Shown in pieces: positions 1 through 8,910 of a DNA stretch of 42,850 nt (the first letter of the stretch is position 1; each line of letters begins with the position of its first letter). The position numbers and the translations under genes were made by a program. A model generated the notes under the pieces. The model ran no database searches, was not told the DNA's origin, and saw only the letters and a list, made by a program, of their open reading frames with translations. The DNA is from Thermoanaerobaculia bacterium (GTDB taxonomy: Bacteria > Acidobacteriota > Thermoanaerobaculia > Multivoradales > UBA5704), in NCBI GenBank assembly GCA_044226625.1, contig JBGAGQ010000058.1, positions 1-42,850 on the forward strand, in the 5' to 3' direction.

Positions 1-1029
1 CCGGGGCACGCGGCGCTCGGGCTCGCCCTCTTCGTTCTCTCGTTCGTCGGCTTTTCTTTCGGCGAGAACCTGACCGCGGCGTTCCTGCCGGAGATCTCCC
101 GGGCGGACAACATCGGAAAGATCTCGGGGCTGGGCTGGGGACTCGGCTATTTCGGCGGGCTCGGCTCGCTCCTTCTCGTGCGGCCCCTGCTCAAAGGAGG
201 CTTCGTGCTGGAGAACCTCGCGAACCTGAGGCTCGCCTGGCTCGCGACGGCGGCGTTCTTCCTGATCGCCGCGGTGCCCACCTTCGCGTTCCTGCGCGAG
301 CGGGCGTCGCGTGGGGAGAGCTCGCTCGCCACCTACGTGCGCGCCGGGTTCGGCCGATTGGCCGAGACGTCGCACTCGATCCGGCGATTCTCGGAGCTGG
401 GAAGGTTCCTGGCCGTGTTCTTCGTCTACTCCTGCGGCCTTTCGTCGGTCTTCGCCTTCGCGGGGATCTATGCTGAACGGACGCTCGGTTTCACCTCGGA
501 CGAGCTGATCGTGCTGTTCATCCTCCTTCAGCTGTCGGCCGCCGCGGGCGCCTTCCTGTTCGGATTCATTCAGGACCGGCTCGGCGCCACCGCGACGATC
601 CGAATCACGCTCGTCCTCTGGGTGCTGATCTGCGCCGGCGCCTGGCTCTGCGGCTCCGACTCGGCGACGGTCCTCGGCGGCCTCTCCGGCAAGCAGCTCT
701 TCTGGGGCGTCGCCATGTTGTCCGGAGCCGGGATCGGCTCGCTCCAGTCGGCTTCGCGCGGCTTGGTCGGGCTGTTCGCTCCGGTCGAGAAGAGCGGCGA
801 GTTCTTCGGATTCTGGGGCTTGGCCGGCAAGGGCGCCTATATGGTGGGACCGTTCCTCTTCGGCTTGATCTCGGCCGCGACCGGATCGCAACGCACGGCG
901 ATGCTCACCACGGCCGCGTTCTTCCTGCTCGGTTTGGTGGGCATGCAATGGGTTTCCGAGGACCGAGGCCGCGCCGCCGTGGCCGCGTGGCATGCGGAAA
1001 AGGAAGCCGAGCGTGCGGCCGAGACCTGA
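1..1029 (+). CDS. MFS transporter, UMF1/ATG22-like family (5' partial, starts before window)
   Basis: Frame is open from base 1 (PGHAALGLALFVLSFVGFSFGENLTAAFLPEISRADNIGKISGLGWGLGYFGG...). It has many TM segments, an MFS motif FGFIQDRLG and a SRGLVGLFAP..KSGEFFGFW motif typical of this family. Confidence 0.85.
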   Translation, partial: PGHAALGLALFVLSFVGFSFGENLTAAFLPEISRADNIGKISGLGWGLGYFGGLGSLLLVRPLLKGGFVLENLANLRLAWLATAAFFLIAAVPTFAFLRERASRGESSLATYVRAGFGRLAETSHSIRRFSELGRFLAVFFVYSCGLSSVFAFAGIYAERTLGFTSDELIVLFILLQLSAAAGAFLFGFIQDRLGATATIRITLVLWVLICAGAWLCGSDSATVLGGLSGKQLFWGVAMLSGAGIGSLQSASRGLVGLFAPVEKSGEFFGFWGLAGKGAYMVGPFLFGLISAATGSQRTAMLTTAAFFLLGLVGMQWVSEDRGRAAVAAWHAEKEAERAAET

Positions 1030-2416
1030 TCGCATCGCCGCGTTCTCGCGCTGGCTGCTCGGCGTCTTCTTCCGCAGCGTCCAGGTCGCGGGAGCCGAGA
1101 AGATCCCGCGGAACCGTCCGCTCCTGCTGGTGGCGAATCACGTCAACGGCCTGGTCGACCCCGCGCTGATCCTCGGGCCGCTCCCGGTTTACCCCCGATT
1201 CCTGGGCAAGAGCACGCTCTGGAAGATCCCGATCCTGCGGCCGCTGCTCGCCCTCGCGGGGGTGATCCCGGTCGTCCGCCAACAGGACGTCTCGGCGGGC
1301 GAGGCCGACCCGGCCCTGCGCCGGAGCGCCAACGACGAGGCGTTCGCCAAGGCGTACGACCTGTTGGCGGAGGGAGGGGCGCTCGCCCTCTTTCCCGAAG
1401 GCAAGAGCCACAACGAGCCGGAGCTCCAGCCGCTCAAGACGGGCGCCGCGCGCATCCTGCTCGAAGCGGAGCGACGCAAGCCGGGTCTCGGCGTTCGGAT
1501 CGTGCCGGTCGGTCTCCACTTCGATCGCAAGCACAAGTTCCGCTCGCGCGCCTTCGTGATGGTCGGAGAGCCGATCGATCCCTCGGCCGAGGTGGCCGCC
1601 TATCTCGCTTCCGACGGTGGAGACCGCCGTGCGGTGGACGGGCTCACCGACCGGGTCGACGAGGCGCTCCGCTCCGTGACGCTCAGCCTGCCGTCCTGGG
1701 AGGAGGCAAGTCTCATCGCCCGCGCGGCCGAGGTTTGGGTGCGCCCCGCGGCCGACGAGCCGCCGCGCATCCGCTCGTTCGACGAGGACGTTCCGCTACG
1801 CCATACGTTCGTTTCGGCGTATCGGGAGCTTTCTCTTCGCGAGCCCGAGCGGGTCGCCGCGGTCGCCGAGTCGGTGCGCCGTTACGACCGACTGCTTTCC
1901 GCTTGTCGGTTGAGCGACGCCCAGGTGGCGACCGACTTCCCGGCATCTCCGGCGATCCGCTTCGTCCTCGGCTCCATCATCAGGCTCCTGATCCACTTGC
2001 CGCTCGCCCTGTTTGGCGTCGCGCTCAACGTCGTTCCCTACGGTCTGGTCGATGCGATCGCTCGTCGGGAAGGCAAGGAGGCCGCGGACCAGGAGGCCAC
2101 CTACAAGCTGATCGCCTCGCTCGTCCTCTATCCGCTGGCCTGGGCTGCCGAAGCCGCCCTCGTCGGTTGGCGCGCGGGCGGCGCGGCGGCGCTCGCGGTG
2201 GGCGTGGCCGCTCCGGTCACCGGATGGAGCGCCCTCCTGTTTCTCGAGGGGGGGCAGCGGTTTTTGCGCGAGGCACGGGCGTTTTTCCTGCTTCGCACCC
2301 GCCGAGATCTGCGGACCGAGCTACGGGCGCGGCGGCACGAGGTCGTTCGCGGTCTGGAGGAGCTCTCGTTGAAGCGGGTCGGTTCCGCTCAGTCCACGGT
2401 GAGCGATTCGTTGTAA
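992..2416 (+). CDS. Lysophospholipid/glycerol-3-phosphate acyltransferase (PlsC-like) with C-terminal membrane domain
   Basis: Catalytic HX4D motif (NHVNGLVD), FPEG motif, LKTGAAR, IVPVGL and C-terminal hydrophobic helices. Confidence 0.85.
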   Translation: MRKRKPSVRPRPDRIAAFSRWLLGVFFRSVQVAGAEKIPRNRPLLLVANHVNGLVDPALILGPLPVYPRFLGKSTLWKIPILRPLLALAGVIPVVRQQDVSAGEADPALRRSANDEAFAKAYDLLAEGGALALFPEGKSHNEPELQPLKTGAARILLEAERRKPGLGVRIVPVGLHFDRKHKFRSRAFVMVGEPIDPSAEVAAYLASDGGDRRAVDGLTDRVDEALRSVTLSLPSWEEASLIARAAEVWVRPAADEPPRIRSFDEDVPLRHTFVSAYRELSLREPERVAAVAESVRRYDRLLSACRLSDAQVATDFPASPAIRFVLGSIIRLLIHLPLALFGVALNVVPYGLVDAIARREGKEAADQEATYKLIASLVLYPLAWAAEAALVGWRAGGAAALAVGVAAPVTGWSALLFLEGGQRFLREARAFFLLRTRRDLRTELRARRHEVVRGLEELSLKRVGSAQSTVSDSL

Positions 2417-3405
2417 GGCTTGATCACTTTTTCGAACTCGGGGGCCAGTTGCTCCGGATTCGACCCCGCCTCGTCCCAGGCGTCGTCGATCTTCGCGAGG
2501 GCGGGCGCGGCATCTTCTTTGACCTGGTCTTTGTTGTGGAGGAACCATCGAAGGGCCCGGTGATTCTTCGGATCCTTGAAGAACTCCGGTCTTTTACCGT
2601 AGGCGGCGAGCCGTCCGGATTCCGTCCATTGGCCCAGCTCATAGTGACCCAACACACCCTCGGAGTTGCGGCGCAGGATCTCCGCGAGGGACTTGAGGGT
2701 TTCGAGGCGCGCAGGGGGCGGGGTGTGCTCGTCCGCCAAACGGTCGATGAGGACCGCTACCTTTGCCTTCTCTTGCTCATCATCGAGCGCGAGATGCGAA
2801 TAGAGGGCGTTCAAGTTGGTGGCGAAGCGATCGATCATTTCGCGATTTTCCGCATCGGAGGCGACGCGAAAATCGACCAGCGTCGCGCTGGACTGGAAGG
2901 CCACGACCGGGTAATTCGTCGATTCCTCCCCTGCTCCTCGCTCGGCGTCGAAAGGTCCGACGTTCGTCAGAATCGGTGCGTCGGGCTTTGCGAGGCCCGC
3001 GGAGATCTCCAGGATGTCATGTGGTTCGAGGGGTCGATGCAACTCGCGCCAGATGGTGAACCCGACTCCAAGGAAGAGAACCGCGGCGAGTGGGAGGGCG
3101 ACCGTGCGGAAACCGGGGGACGAGAACCACGGCGTCTTGCGGAGGACGGCGGCTTCGCTCCGGCTTCTCTCGGCCCTCTCTGCCTTCTGGAAGTGCAGCG
3201 ATTCGGCATAGATCTCGTAACAGGCGGGGCAGGAATCGAGGTGGGACGAGACCGCTTTGCGTTCGTCCAAGGCGAGATTGCCGTCCAGATAAGCGGCGAT
3301 CGACTCGAGCGGCGGATGGCCGTTTTCGCCGCTTCGCACCGCGGTCGAACCGGATGCCCGACGTTCGTTCTCATCGAAGGGGACGACGGAAGGTGTTCTA
3401 TTCAA
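2389..3405 (-). CDS. zf-HC2 (ZAS) anti-sigma factor-like membrane protein
   Basis: IAAYLDGNL...HLDSCPAC (HxxxCxxC) zinc motif, then one TM helix (VALPLAAVLFLGVGFTIW) and an unrecognised C-terminal domain. Lies just downstream of a sigma factor. Start uncertain (TTG 3405 or GTG 3339). Confidence 0.75.
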   Translation of the reverse strand: MNRTPSVVPFDENERRASGSTAVRSGENGHPPLESIAAYLDGNLALDERKAVSSHLDSCPACYEIYAESLHFQKAERAERSRSEAAVLRKTPWFSSPGFRTVALPLAAVLFLGVGFTIWRELHRPLEPHDILEISAGLAKPDAPILTNVGPFDAERGAGEESTNYPVVAFQSSATLVDFRVASDAENREMIDRFATNLNALYSHLALDDEQEKAKVAVLIDRLADEHTPPPARLETLKSLAEILRRNSEGVLGHYELGQWTESGRLAAYGKRPEFFKDPKNHRALRWFLHNKDQVKEDAAPALAKIDDAWDEAGSNPEQLAPEFEKVIKPYNESLTVD

Positions 3406-3523
3406 TGGCGGATCCCCCGAAGGCGTGCGAGCGGAACCTGCAAGTTGGAGTGCATCGGGCTCGCGGGGATTGGACGGACGTGATCGGGGAAGTTCCCTTC
3501 GGAACAGGCAAAGTTCAGCTGAA

Positions 3524-4384
3524 TCATGACACTTCCTCGACGTCGCGGCCGCCGAGATGGAGAGCCGAGTTGACACTTTCGGCATGAAATCCCCGTTCGA
3601 AGAGACGCCTTCTCAACCCCGCGTAAATCTTGTCGAGGCGGGTATAGAGCGTTTTCTGCGGCAGTCCCAAGCTCTGCGCGCAGTGCCGTGCGATTTCGGA
3701 AACCTTGAGCCCGGATTCGGTGCGCAGGCGGACGAGCAGACGGTCTTCGGGGCCGAGCTCGGCCAGCTCCTGGCAGAGCGCCGAGAGGATTTCGCGCTTT
3801 CCGAGCAGCTCCTCCCGTTCTTCCAGCCGGAGATCGGGGGGCGATAGATCCGCGGGCTTCGCCTCCAGTTCCTCGTCCCCCACGAAGCCTCGGCGCCGTA
3901 GCGACCGCGTCGGCAACCGGGCGGCGATCCATTCGATCTCGGCTCGCGTCAGCTCGGGGAATCGCGATCGGAGCACGCCTTCGCATTCGTCGAGCGGCCG
4001 ACCATCACGCTGCCATAGCGTTTCGAGCGCCACCGCACGGGGCCCGATTCGGCGGGCCTCGGCCGACGGCTCCCAGCTCCCAAGCTCTTTGTCGCGGAGA
4101 TCCTGGGCCAGACGATGGATCATGGTCAGCAGATAGGTCTCGAAGCTCGAACGCCCCTCGTACGCGCGCAGCCGCGCATAGTCATTCTCGATCAGCCGCA
4201 GGCGTGCCTCGGATTCGAGATCTTCGGCCTGCTGCGGCAGCAGCCCCGAGCGGCGGGCGATCCCGGCGACGATCTTGCCGATCCGCGGCAAGCTGGCGGA
4301 GAGGACATTCTCCGGGTCGGCGGCGATCTCCAGGACCTTCTGCCGGGCGGCCTCCGGGTCGAAAGGAGGTTTCGAAGAGTTCAA
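3524..4384 (-). CDS. Sigma-70 family (ECF-like) RNA polymerase sigma factor
   Basis: Region 2-like (AEDLESEARLRL..YEGRSSFETYLLTMIHRLAQD) and region 4 HTH (LGPEDRLLVRLRTESGLKVSEIAR..LYTRLDKI). TTG start at 4384 chosen because a TAAGAT -10 lies 8 nt upstream. Confidence 0.85.
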   Translation of the reverse strand: MNSSKPPFDPEAARQKVLEIAADPENVLSASLPRIGKIVAGIARRSGLLPQQAEDLESEARLRLIENDYARLRAYEGRSSFETYLLTMIHRLAQDLRDKELGSWEPSAEARRIGPRAVALETLWQRDGRPLDECEGVLRSRFPELTRAEIEWIAARLPTRSLRRRGFVGDEELEAKPADLSPPDLRLEEREELLGKREILSALCQELAELGPEDRLLVRLRTESGLKVSEIARHCAQSLGLPQKTLYTRLDKIYAGLRRRLFERGFHAESVNSALHLGGRDVEEVS

Positions 4385-4450
4385 GCGTCGAGATCTTAGC
4401 GAAATCTCGCGTGCGCGGTGCAAACTTCGGTTTGCGCTCGCGCGCCGCGC

Positions 4451-5146
4451 CTACTCCGCCGCTTCAAGGAGAGCGCGGATCTCCGGGTCGGTCGCCGCCT
4501 GGAGGAGGTCGGCCTTGTGCTCTCCCAGCCGGGCTCCGGAGTCGAGGAGGAGCTTGACGACCTCGAAATGGTTTTCGTTGATCGGTCCGAACAGGAGGGG
4601 AAATCCGCTCGGCGCGGCGTTCGGATCGGCGCCCGCCTTGAGGAGGATCTGGCACATTTCCAGGTTGCCCGTGCGAGCGGCTTCGGCGAGCGGCGGCACG
4701 CCGTAGTCGTTGGCCGCCTTGGCGTCGGCTCCCGCCTCGACCAGCGCGCGGACGTACTCCGCCTCGCCGGTGTCGACCGCCTCGAACACGACCGTCTTGC
4801 CCGCGTCGGCCGGCGGCGCATTCTTTCCGGTCGGAGCGACCCCTTCGGCGAGCAGCGCCTTGAGCGTGTCGAGCTGGCGGCGCTCGGTCGCGACCCAAAG
4901 CGCGGTCCGGCGGCTGGAGTTTTGCGTCGCGGGATCGATGCCCGCTTCGAGGAACAACTTCGTCCGCTCGACATCGCCGCGACCGACGGCGTCGAAAAAC
5001 GCCTCGGCCGAATAGGGAATCCCATCCTTTTCGAGTCGCGCCCGCGCTGAGGTCTGGTCGCCGCGCGCGGTCGAGCCGCCGAGGAACCCGGTGACGAGGC
5101 CGACGACGAGAAAGGTGGCGAGCGAAAGCAGCGCGGTTCGTCTCAT
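4451..5146 (-). CDS. Exported ankyrin-repeat protein
   Basis: ATG 5146 with GGAGAGG RBS and signal peptide MRRTALLSLATFLVVGLVTGFLGG. About 5 ankyrin repeats (TALWVA, PPLAEAARTGNLEMCQILLKAGADPN, HFEVVKLLLDSGA). Confidence 0.88.
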   Translation of the reverse strand: MRRTALLSLATFLVVGLVTGFLGGSTARGDQTSARARLEKDGIPYSAEAFFDAVGRGDVERTKLFLEAGIDPATQNSSRRTALWVATERRQLDTLKALLAEGVAPTGKNAPPADAGKTVVFEAVDTGEAEYVRALVEAGADAKAANDYGVPPLAEAARTGNLEMCQILLKAGADPNAAPSGFPLLFGPINENHFEVVKLLLDSGARLGEHKADLLQAATDPEIRALLEAAE

Positions 5147-5294
5147 CGGATTTCCTCTCCTTCGGATCTCGTTGGGGGACGGCGACGTCCCGTAGCGCTC
5201 GGGGTCAGGTCTTGCGAGGATACCAGAGCGTGCCGGGCCCCTCCTCCCCGATGGGGTGGCGGAAATTCCGGCGCGATCGCCTATCCTCCCGCGC

Positions 5295-6272
5295 ATGAAC
5301 CGATCCGAGCCCGCCTTGACCGCCGTCGCTTCGCCCCTGCCGATCTTTCCCAGCGCCGTCGGCGAAACGCCGCTGCTCGAGGTGGACGGCATCTTGGCCA
5401 AGCTCGAATGCGCGAACCCTTGCGGATCGATCAAGGACCGGATCGGCCGTTACATCCTCGAGGAGAGCGAGCGACGCGGCTCGCTCAAGGCCGGGATGCG
5501 GATTGTCGAGGCGACCAGCGGCAACACCGGGATCGCGTTCTCGTTCTTCGCGCGGGAGAAGGGCTACCCGGTCACCATCGTGATGCCCGAAGACATGACC
5601 GAGGAGCGGAAAGCGATGATCCGCGCCCTCGGCGCCGATCTGATCCTCTGTTCGAAGGAGGGGAGCTTCGCGGAGGCCGCGGCGATTCGCGACCGGCTCG
5701 CAGCGGAGCACGGCTGGTTCAATCCGGATCAGTTCTCGAATCCTCTGAACGCCGAGTGCCACGAGAAGACGACGGGGGAGGAGCTGGTCCGCCAGGCGGC
5801 CGGTCGGCGGATCGACGCGTTCGTGGCGGGCGTCGGAACCGGGGGCACGGTGATCGGCGTGGGCCGGCGGCTGCGGCGCGATTTCCCCCGTACCTGGATC
5901 GTCGCGGTCGAGCCGGAGGAGTCGGCGGTGATGAGCGGAGGCAAGCCCGGCTCGCACGGGATCTCGGGAATCGGCGACGGCTTCATTCCGGCGCTCGCGA
6001 GCGACGGTCGCGGCGGCGTCCACCCTCTGATCGACGAGGTGATCACGGTCTCGACCGCCGCGGCGATCGCCGCAGCCCAAGAGATTCGCGCGCGTCACGG
6101 GTTCTGCGTCGGCGTTTCGGCGGGGGCCAACTACCTGGCGGCGAGGAAGCTCGCCGAGCGCTTCCCGACGGTCGCGACGATCTTCCCCGACGGTTATACG
6201 AAGTACCAGTCGCGCGGTCTCTCCCACTGCGCGCCCGGCATCTGCCCCTACGAGCACGACCTGCCGGTGTAG
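5295..6272 (+). CDS. cysK: PLP-dependent cysteine synthase (CysK/CysM family)
   Basis: KLECANPCGSIKDR PLP-lysine motif, EATSGNTG, QFSNP and GVGTGGT phosphate loop. ATG 5295 lies 7 nt after TATCCT. Confidence 0.85.
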   Translation: MNRSEPALTAVASPLPIFPSAVGETPLLEVDGILAKLECANPCGSIKDRIGRYILEESERRGSLKAGMRIVEATSGNTGIAFSFFAREKGYPVTIVMPEDMTEERKAMIRALGADLILCSKEGSFAEAAAIRDRLAAEHGWFNPDQFSNPLNAECHEKTTGEELVRQAAGRRIDAFVAGVGTGGTVIGVGRRLRRDFPRTWIVAVEPEESAVMSGGKPGSHGISGIGDGFIPALASDGRGGVHPLIDEVITVSTAAAIAAAQEIRARHGFCVGVSAGANYLAARKLAERFPTVATIFPDGYTKYQSRGLSHCAPGICPYEHDLPV

Positions 6273-6360
6273 GAAACACCGAGACCTGCGGAGAACGTCT
6301 TCGTCGTCCGGGGCGAAGCGAAAGACCCTGTTTCCCCTCGTTTTTCCTGGGCGTGTTACC

Positions 6361-8316
6361 TCAGAAGCCCAGCGTGCCGTTCTCCTGCGCGAAACCGAGA
6401 TGCTGGGCGAGGGGATCGCGTCCGTAGCCGATCACGACATCGACGATCTCGCCTGCACCATCCCGCACCGGAGCGAGGTCCGCGTAGACCCCGGAGAAAT
6501 AGGTCGGGATGGCGAGCCGGCGATAGCGGGCGATCACGTCGTCGCGCACCGCCGGATCGAAGCGGATTGCATAGCGCTCGACGAGTCGGCGTCCCGCCTC
6601 GACGTCGCCGGTCGCCTTGATCCGCATCACTTCGGCGAGCAGCCGGCCGACCGCCGCTCGCGCCGCGTCGTGATCGCGGACCTCGACGTACCAGTGGCCG
6701 TCCCGCTGGAATCGGACGAACGCGCCCTGCTCGATCAGGTAGCTCACGATCAGCTGGCGGTTGCGGTCGTGGTCTTCTTCGATCGTGTCGCCTTCGGGAT
6801 AGCGGTTGAGCGTGCTGAGCCCCAAGCGGGCGAGTTGGCGGTACGCCTCGCGGCTCACCTCGTACACGTTCTCGACACCCAGCTCGGCGAGCAGGGGATC
6901 GCCGCAATGCCAGTAGGCAACCAGATCGGCGCGAGTTTCTTCGAGTGTCGAATAGACCTCGGCCAGCCGGACGCTCGGATCGTCTTCGGTCTCGCATCGG
7001 CCGGAGCCATGGCCGAGGATCTCGTGGAGCGCCACGTGCAGCTCGTGGGCCGTCTTTCCCCAGCGGGCGAAGGCTTCGGCGTGCGCTGGCTCGGGGGAGA
7101 ACTCCTCCGCCACGGCGCTCCCCCGGACGCTGCCGATCGCCGCCATCGAGGAGGAGAAAAGCATGCTCTTCGAGCCGCGGGTCGAGCGTAGCTCCTCCTC
7201 GTTGGGTAAGTTGACGCCGATCGCGGAGGCGTGAAAATCCCCGGTCGCCACGATCGTCTCGACCGCCTTGCCCACCGGCGCGACCACCTCGAGCTTCTTC
7301 CAGCGATCGTCCCAGGGCATCCGACGCTCGAAGTAGAGGGCGTTCGCGGCGATGCCGCGCATCAGCGGATCGAGATGCCGATCGCGGATCGCGACCACCA
7401 TCTGCGCCGAGCCCTTCGCCCCGCGCGCGTCGCGATAGACCTCGATGAAGCCCGACGCGAAATCGACCTCCCCGTCGCTTTCGAGCCAGAGCGTGTTGTA
7501 GGCGAGCCAGTCCTCGTTCGCCCCCGTCTGGAAGAAGCGGACGAGCGCCCGCAGAGCGGCGGCCTGTCGCTCCGGCGCGTGCTCCGCCGCGGCGAGTAGC
7601 TCGCCATTCGTGGCGGCCAGCTCACGGGCGTAGAGACCGGGTGGGACCTTCCCGTCGGCGGTCCCCGCGCGATAGACCTCTTCGACCAGGCCGCCGTCCC
7701 GCTTCGCCAGGCGGGAGTTGAGCGGATGCTGCTCGACAAAGTCGTCGAGGTCTTGAAGACGAACTCCGGCATAGAGGTTGTTCGTCGAAGCCTCCAGCCG
7801 ATCGAGGCCCGAGGGTGGATTCTTCTCGGTGAGCATGGCGCCGAACGCCGGATCGAACAGCGGCGCCTCGAGCTCGGCGAGCAGGGCATCGAGCTCCTCA
7901 CCGCGTCCGAGCGGCGCGCCCATCGCCCGCGCGTGATTTGCCGCGTAGGCGAGGTCGGCGGCGGTGAAGTCGGGAAGGAACTTCCGCCCGGTCGAATCGT
8001 TGCGGTTGCCGCCGCAAGCGAAGAACATCCGCGCGAAATCGAGGATGGGGCGTTCGAGCGTCTTCGGCAGGCGCTCCGGCACCTCGGCGAGCGCGCCGAG
8101 CAGCCGCTTGGCGGCGAGCCCGTACGCGGCCATCTGGTCGTAGAAGATCGGATCGAGCTGGACGGCGGCGCGATAGAGGTGCCAGACCACGAGCTTTTCG
8201 GAGAGCGAAAGCGCCGCGAAGCTCGGCGCCTCCAGCTGGATGAACGACCGATCGCCCAGACGCAGGACCTCGGCGGTGGCGGCATTTTCGGTTCGAGCGA
8301 TGGGGGCCGTGGGCAT
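6361..8316 (-). CDS. Dipeptidyl peptidase III (peptidase family M49)
   Basis: HEILGH hexapeptide Zn motif (HEXXGH) plus EETRAD second motif; also GFIEVYRD and IGVNLPN. GAGGAG RBS upstream. Confidence 0.9.
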   Translation of the reverse strand: MPTAPIARTENAATAEVLRLGDRSFIQLEAPSFAALSLSEKLVVWHLYRAAVQLDPIFYDQMAAYGLAAKRLLGALAEVPERLPKTLERPILDFARMFFACGGNRNDSTGRKFLPDFTAADLAYAANHARAMGAPLGRGEELDALLAELEAPLFDPAFGAMLTEKNPPSGLDRLEASTNNLYAGVRLQDLDDFVEQHPLNSRLAKRDGGLVEEVYRAGTADGKVPPGLYARELAATNGELLAAAEHAPERQAAALRALVRFFQTGANEDWLAYNTLWLESDGEVDFASGFIEVYRDARGAKGSAQMVVAIRDRHLDPLMRGIAANALYFERRMPWDDRWKKLEVVAPVGKAVETIVATGDFHASAIGVNLPNEEELRSTRGSKSMLFSSSMAAIGSVRGSAVAEEFSPEPAHAEAFARWGKTAHELHVALHEILGHGSGRCETEDDPSVRLAEVYSTLEETRADLVAYWHCGDPLLAELGVENVYEVSREAYRQLARLGLSTLNRYPEGDTIEEDHDRNRQLIVSYLIEQGAFVRFQRDGHWYVEVRDHDAARAAVGRLLAEVMRIKATGDVEAGRRLVERYAIRFDPAVRDDVIARYRRLAIPTYFSGVYADLAPVRDGAGEIVDVVIGYGRDPLAQHLGFAQENGTLGF

Positions 8317-8497
8317 CGGGATCTCCGGTCTCCTCTTGGGTCGCCGAGGCTACCACCGGTCGAGCCGGCGCTCCGAGCGGCCGGGAATGAGGAAGGTGAC
8401 CCAGCTTGGCCCTACCGTTCGAGGCCGGCGGGTTCAATCTCCCAGCGTGGCGCAGGGGCCGGCCCGAAAGATCATCGAATCTTGCCGCTCTGCGGCG

Positions 8498-8527
8498 TTG
8501 ACAGCGAGCTTCACCCGCTTCTAGGCT
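8498..8527 (+). promoter_or_regulatory. Putative sigma70 promoter for small membrane protein gene
   Basis: TTGACA (8498-8503), N18, TAGGCT (8522-8527). Confidence 0.5.
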
Positions 8528-8630
8528 CCCCGGGCTTTTCGCCGAAAACCCGCATGGCTCCGTCTCTCCGGGTGGGATGGGAGAGCGGACCGCGCTCCAC
8601 TCGCAGCTCAACGCCGAGGAGGGATTCGTC

Positions 8631-8813
8631 ATGGCCGGAACCAGCGGCAAAGCCCCGAAGAGCATCACCTGGATCATCTGCCTCGTTCTCTACCTGATCG
8701 CGCTGGCGGGCGCCTTCAACATCGTTCCCCAGATCACCGGCCAGATGACGCTGTGGTCGTGGGTGATCGGCTTCGGATTGCTGCTTCTGGCCGTGAAGGT
8801 GAAAGGCCTGTAG
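8631..8813 (+). CDS. Small two-TM membrane protein (60 aa), unknown function
   Basis: GAGGAGG RBS before ATG 8631, two hydrophobic helices, GC3-rich codon usage. Confidence 0.75.
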   Translation: MAGTSGKAPKSITWIICLVLYLIALAGAFNIVPQITGQMTLWSWVIGFGLLLLAVKVKGL

Positions 8814-8874
8814 CGGATCAGGGAAGGATAGAGGTTCGGTACGCAGTAGCGGGTCATCCCTGCATCGGGTCCGA

Positions 8875-8910
8875 TTGACGGACTGAAAGCCCTTCCATAG
8901 GCTTTTGGAA
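8875..8910 (+). promoter_or_regulatory. Sigma70 promoter/operator of the TA operon (leaderless)
   Basis: TTGACG (8875-80), N17, TAGGCT (8898-8903), N6, ATG. Overlapping inverted repeats AAAGCC-N8-GGCTTT (8886-8905) and TTCCA-N8-TGGAA (8893-8910). Confidence 0.65.

Noticed and set aside
1735-3483. Many long Arg/Pro/Gly-rich overlapping ORFs (e.g. 1735-3483, 15970-17694, 22080-23543, 29885-31558)
   Set aside because: No recognisable motifs. Their composition is that of off-frame or antisense reading of GC3-rich genes.
8420-8450. GGGTTCAATCTCCC resembling a tRNA T-arm
   Set aside because: The loop length is wrong, and no acceptor, D or anticodon arms can be built.
8497-8508. 12-mer GTTGACAGCGAG also present on the minus strand at 38177-38188, both upstream of TA modules
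   Set aside because: Many 12-mer matches are expected by chance in 43 kb, half of it is the -35 consensus, and there is no integrase or att context.
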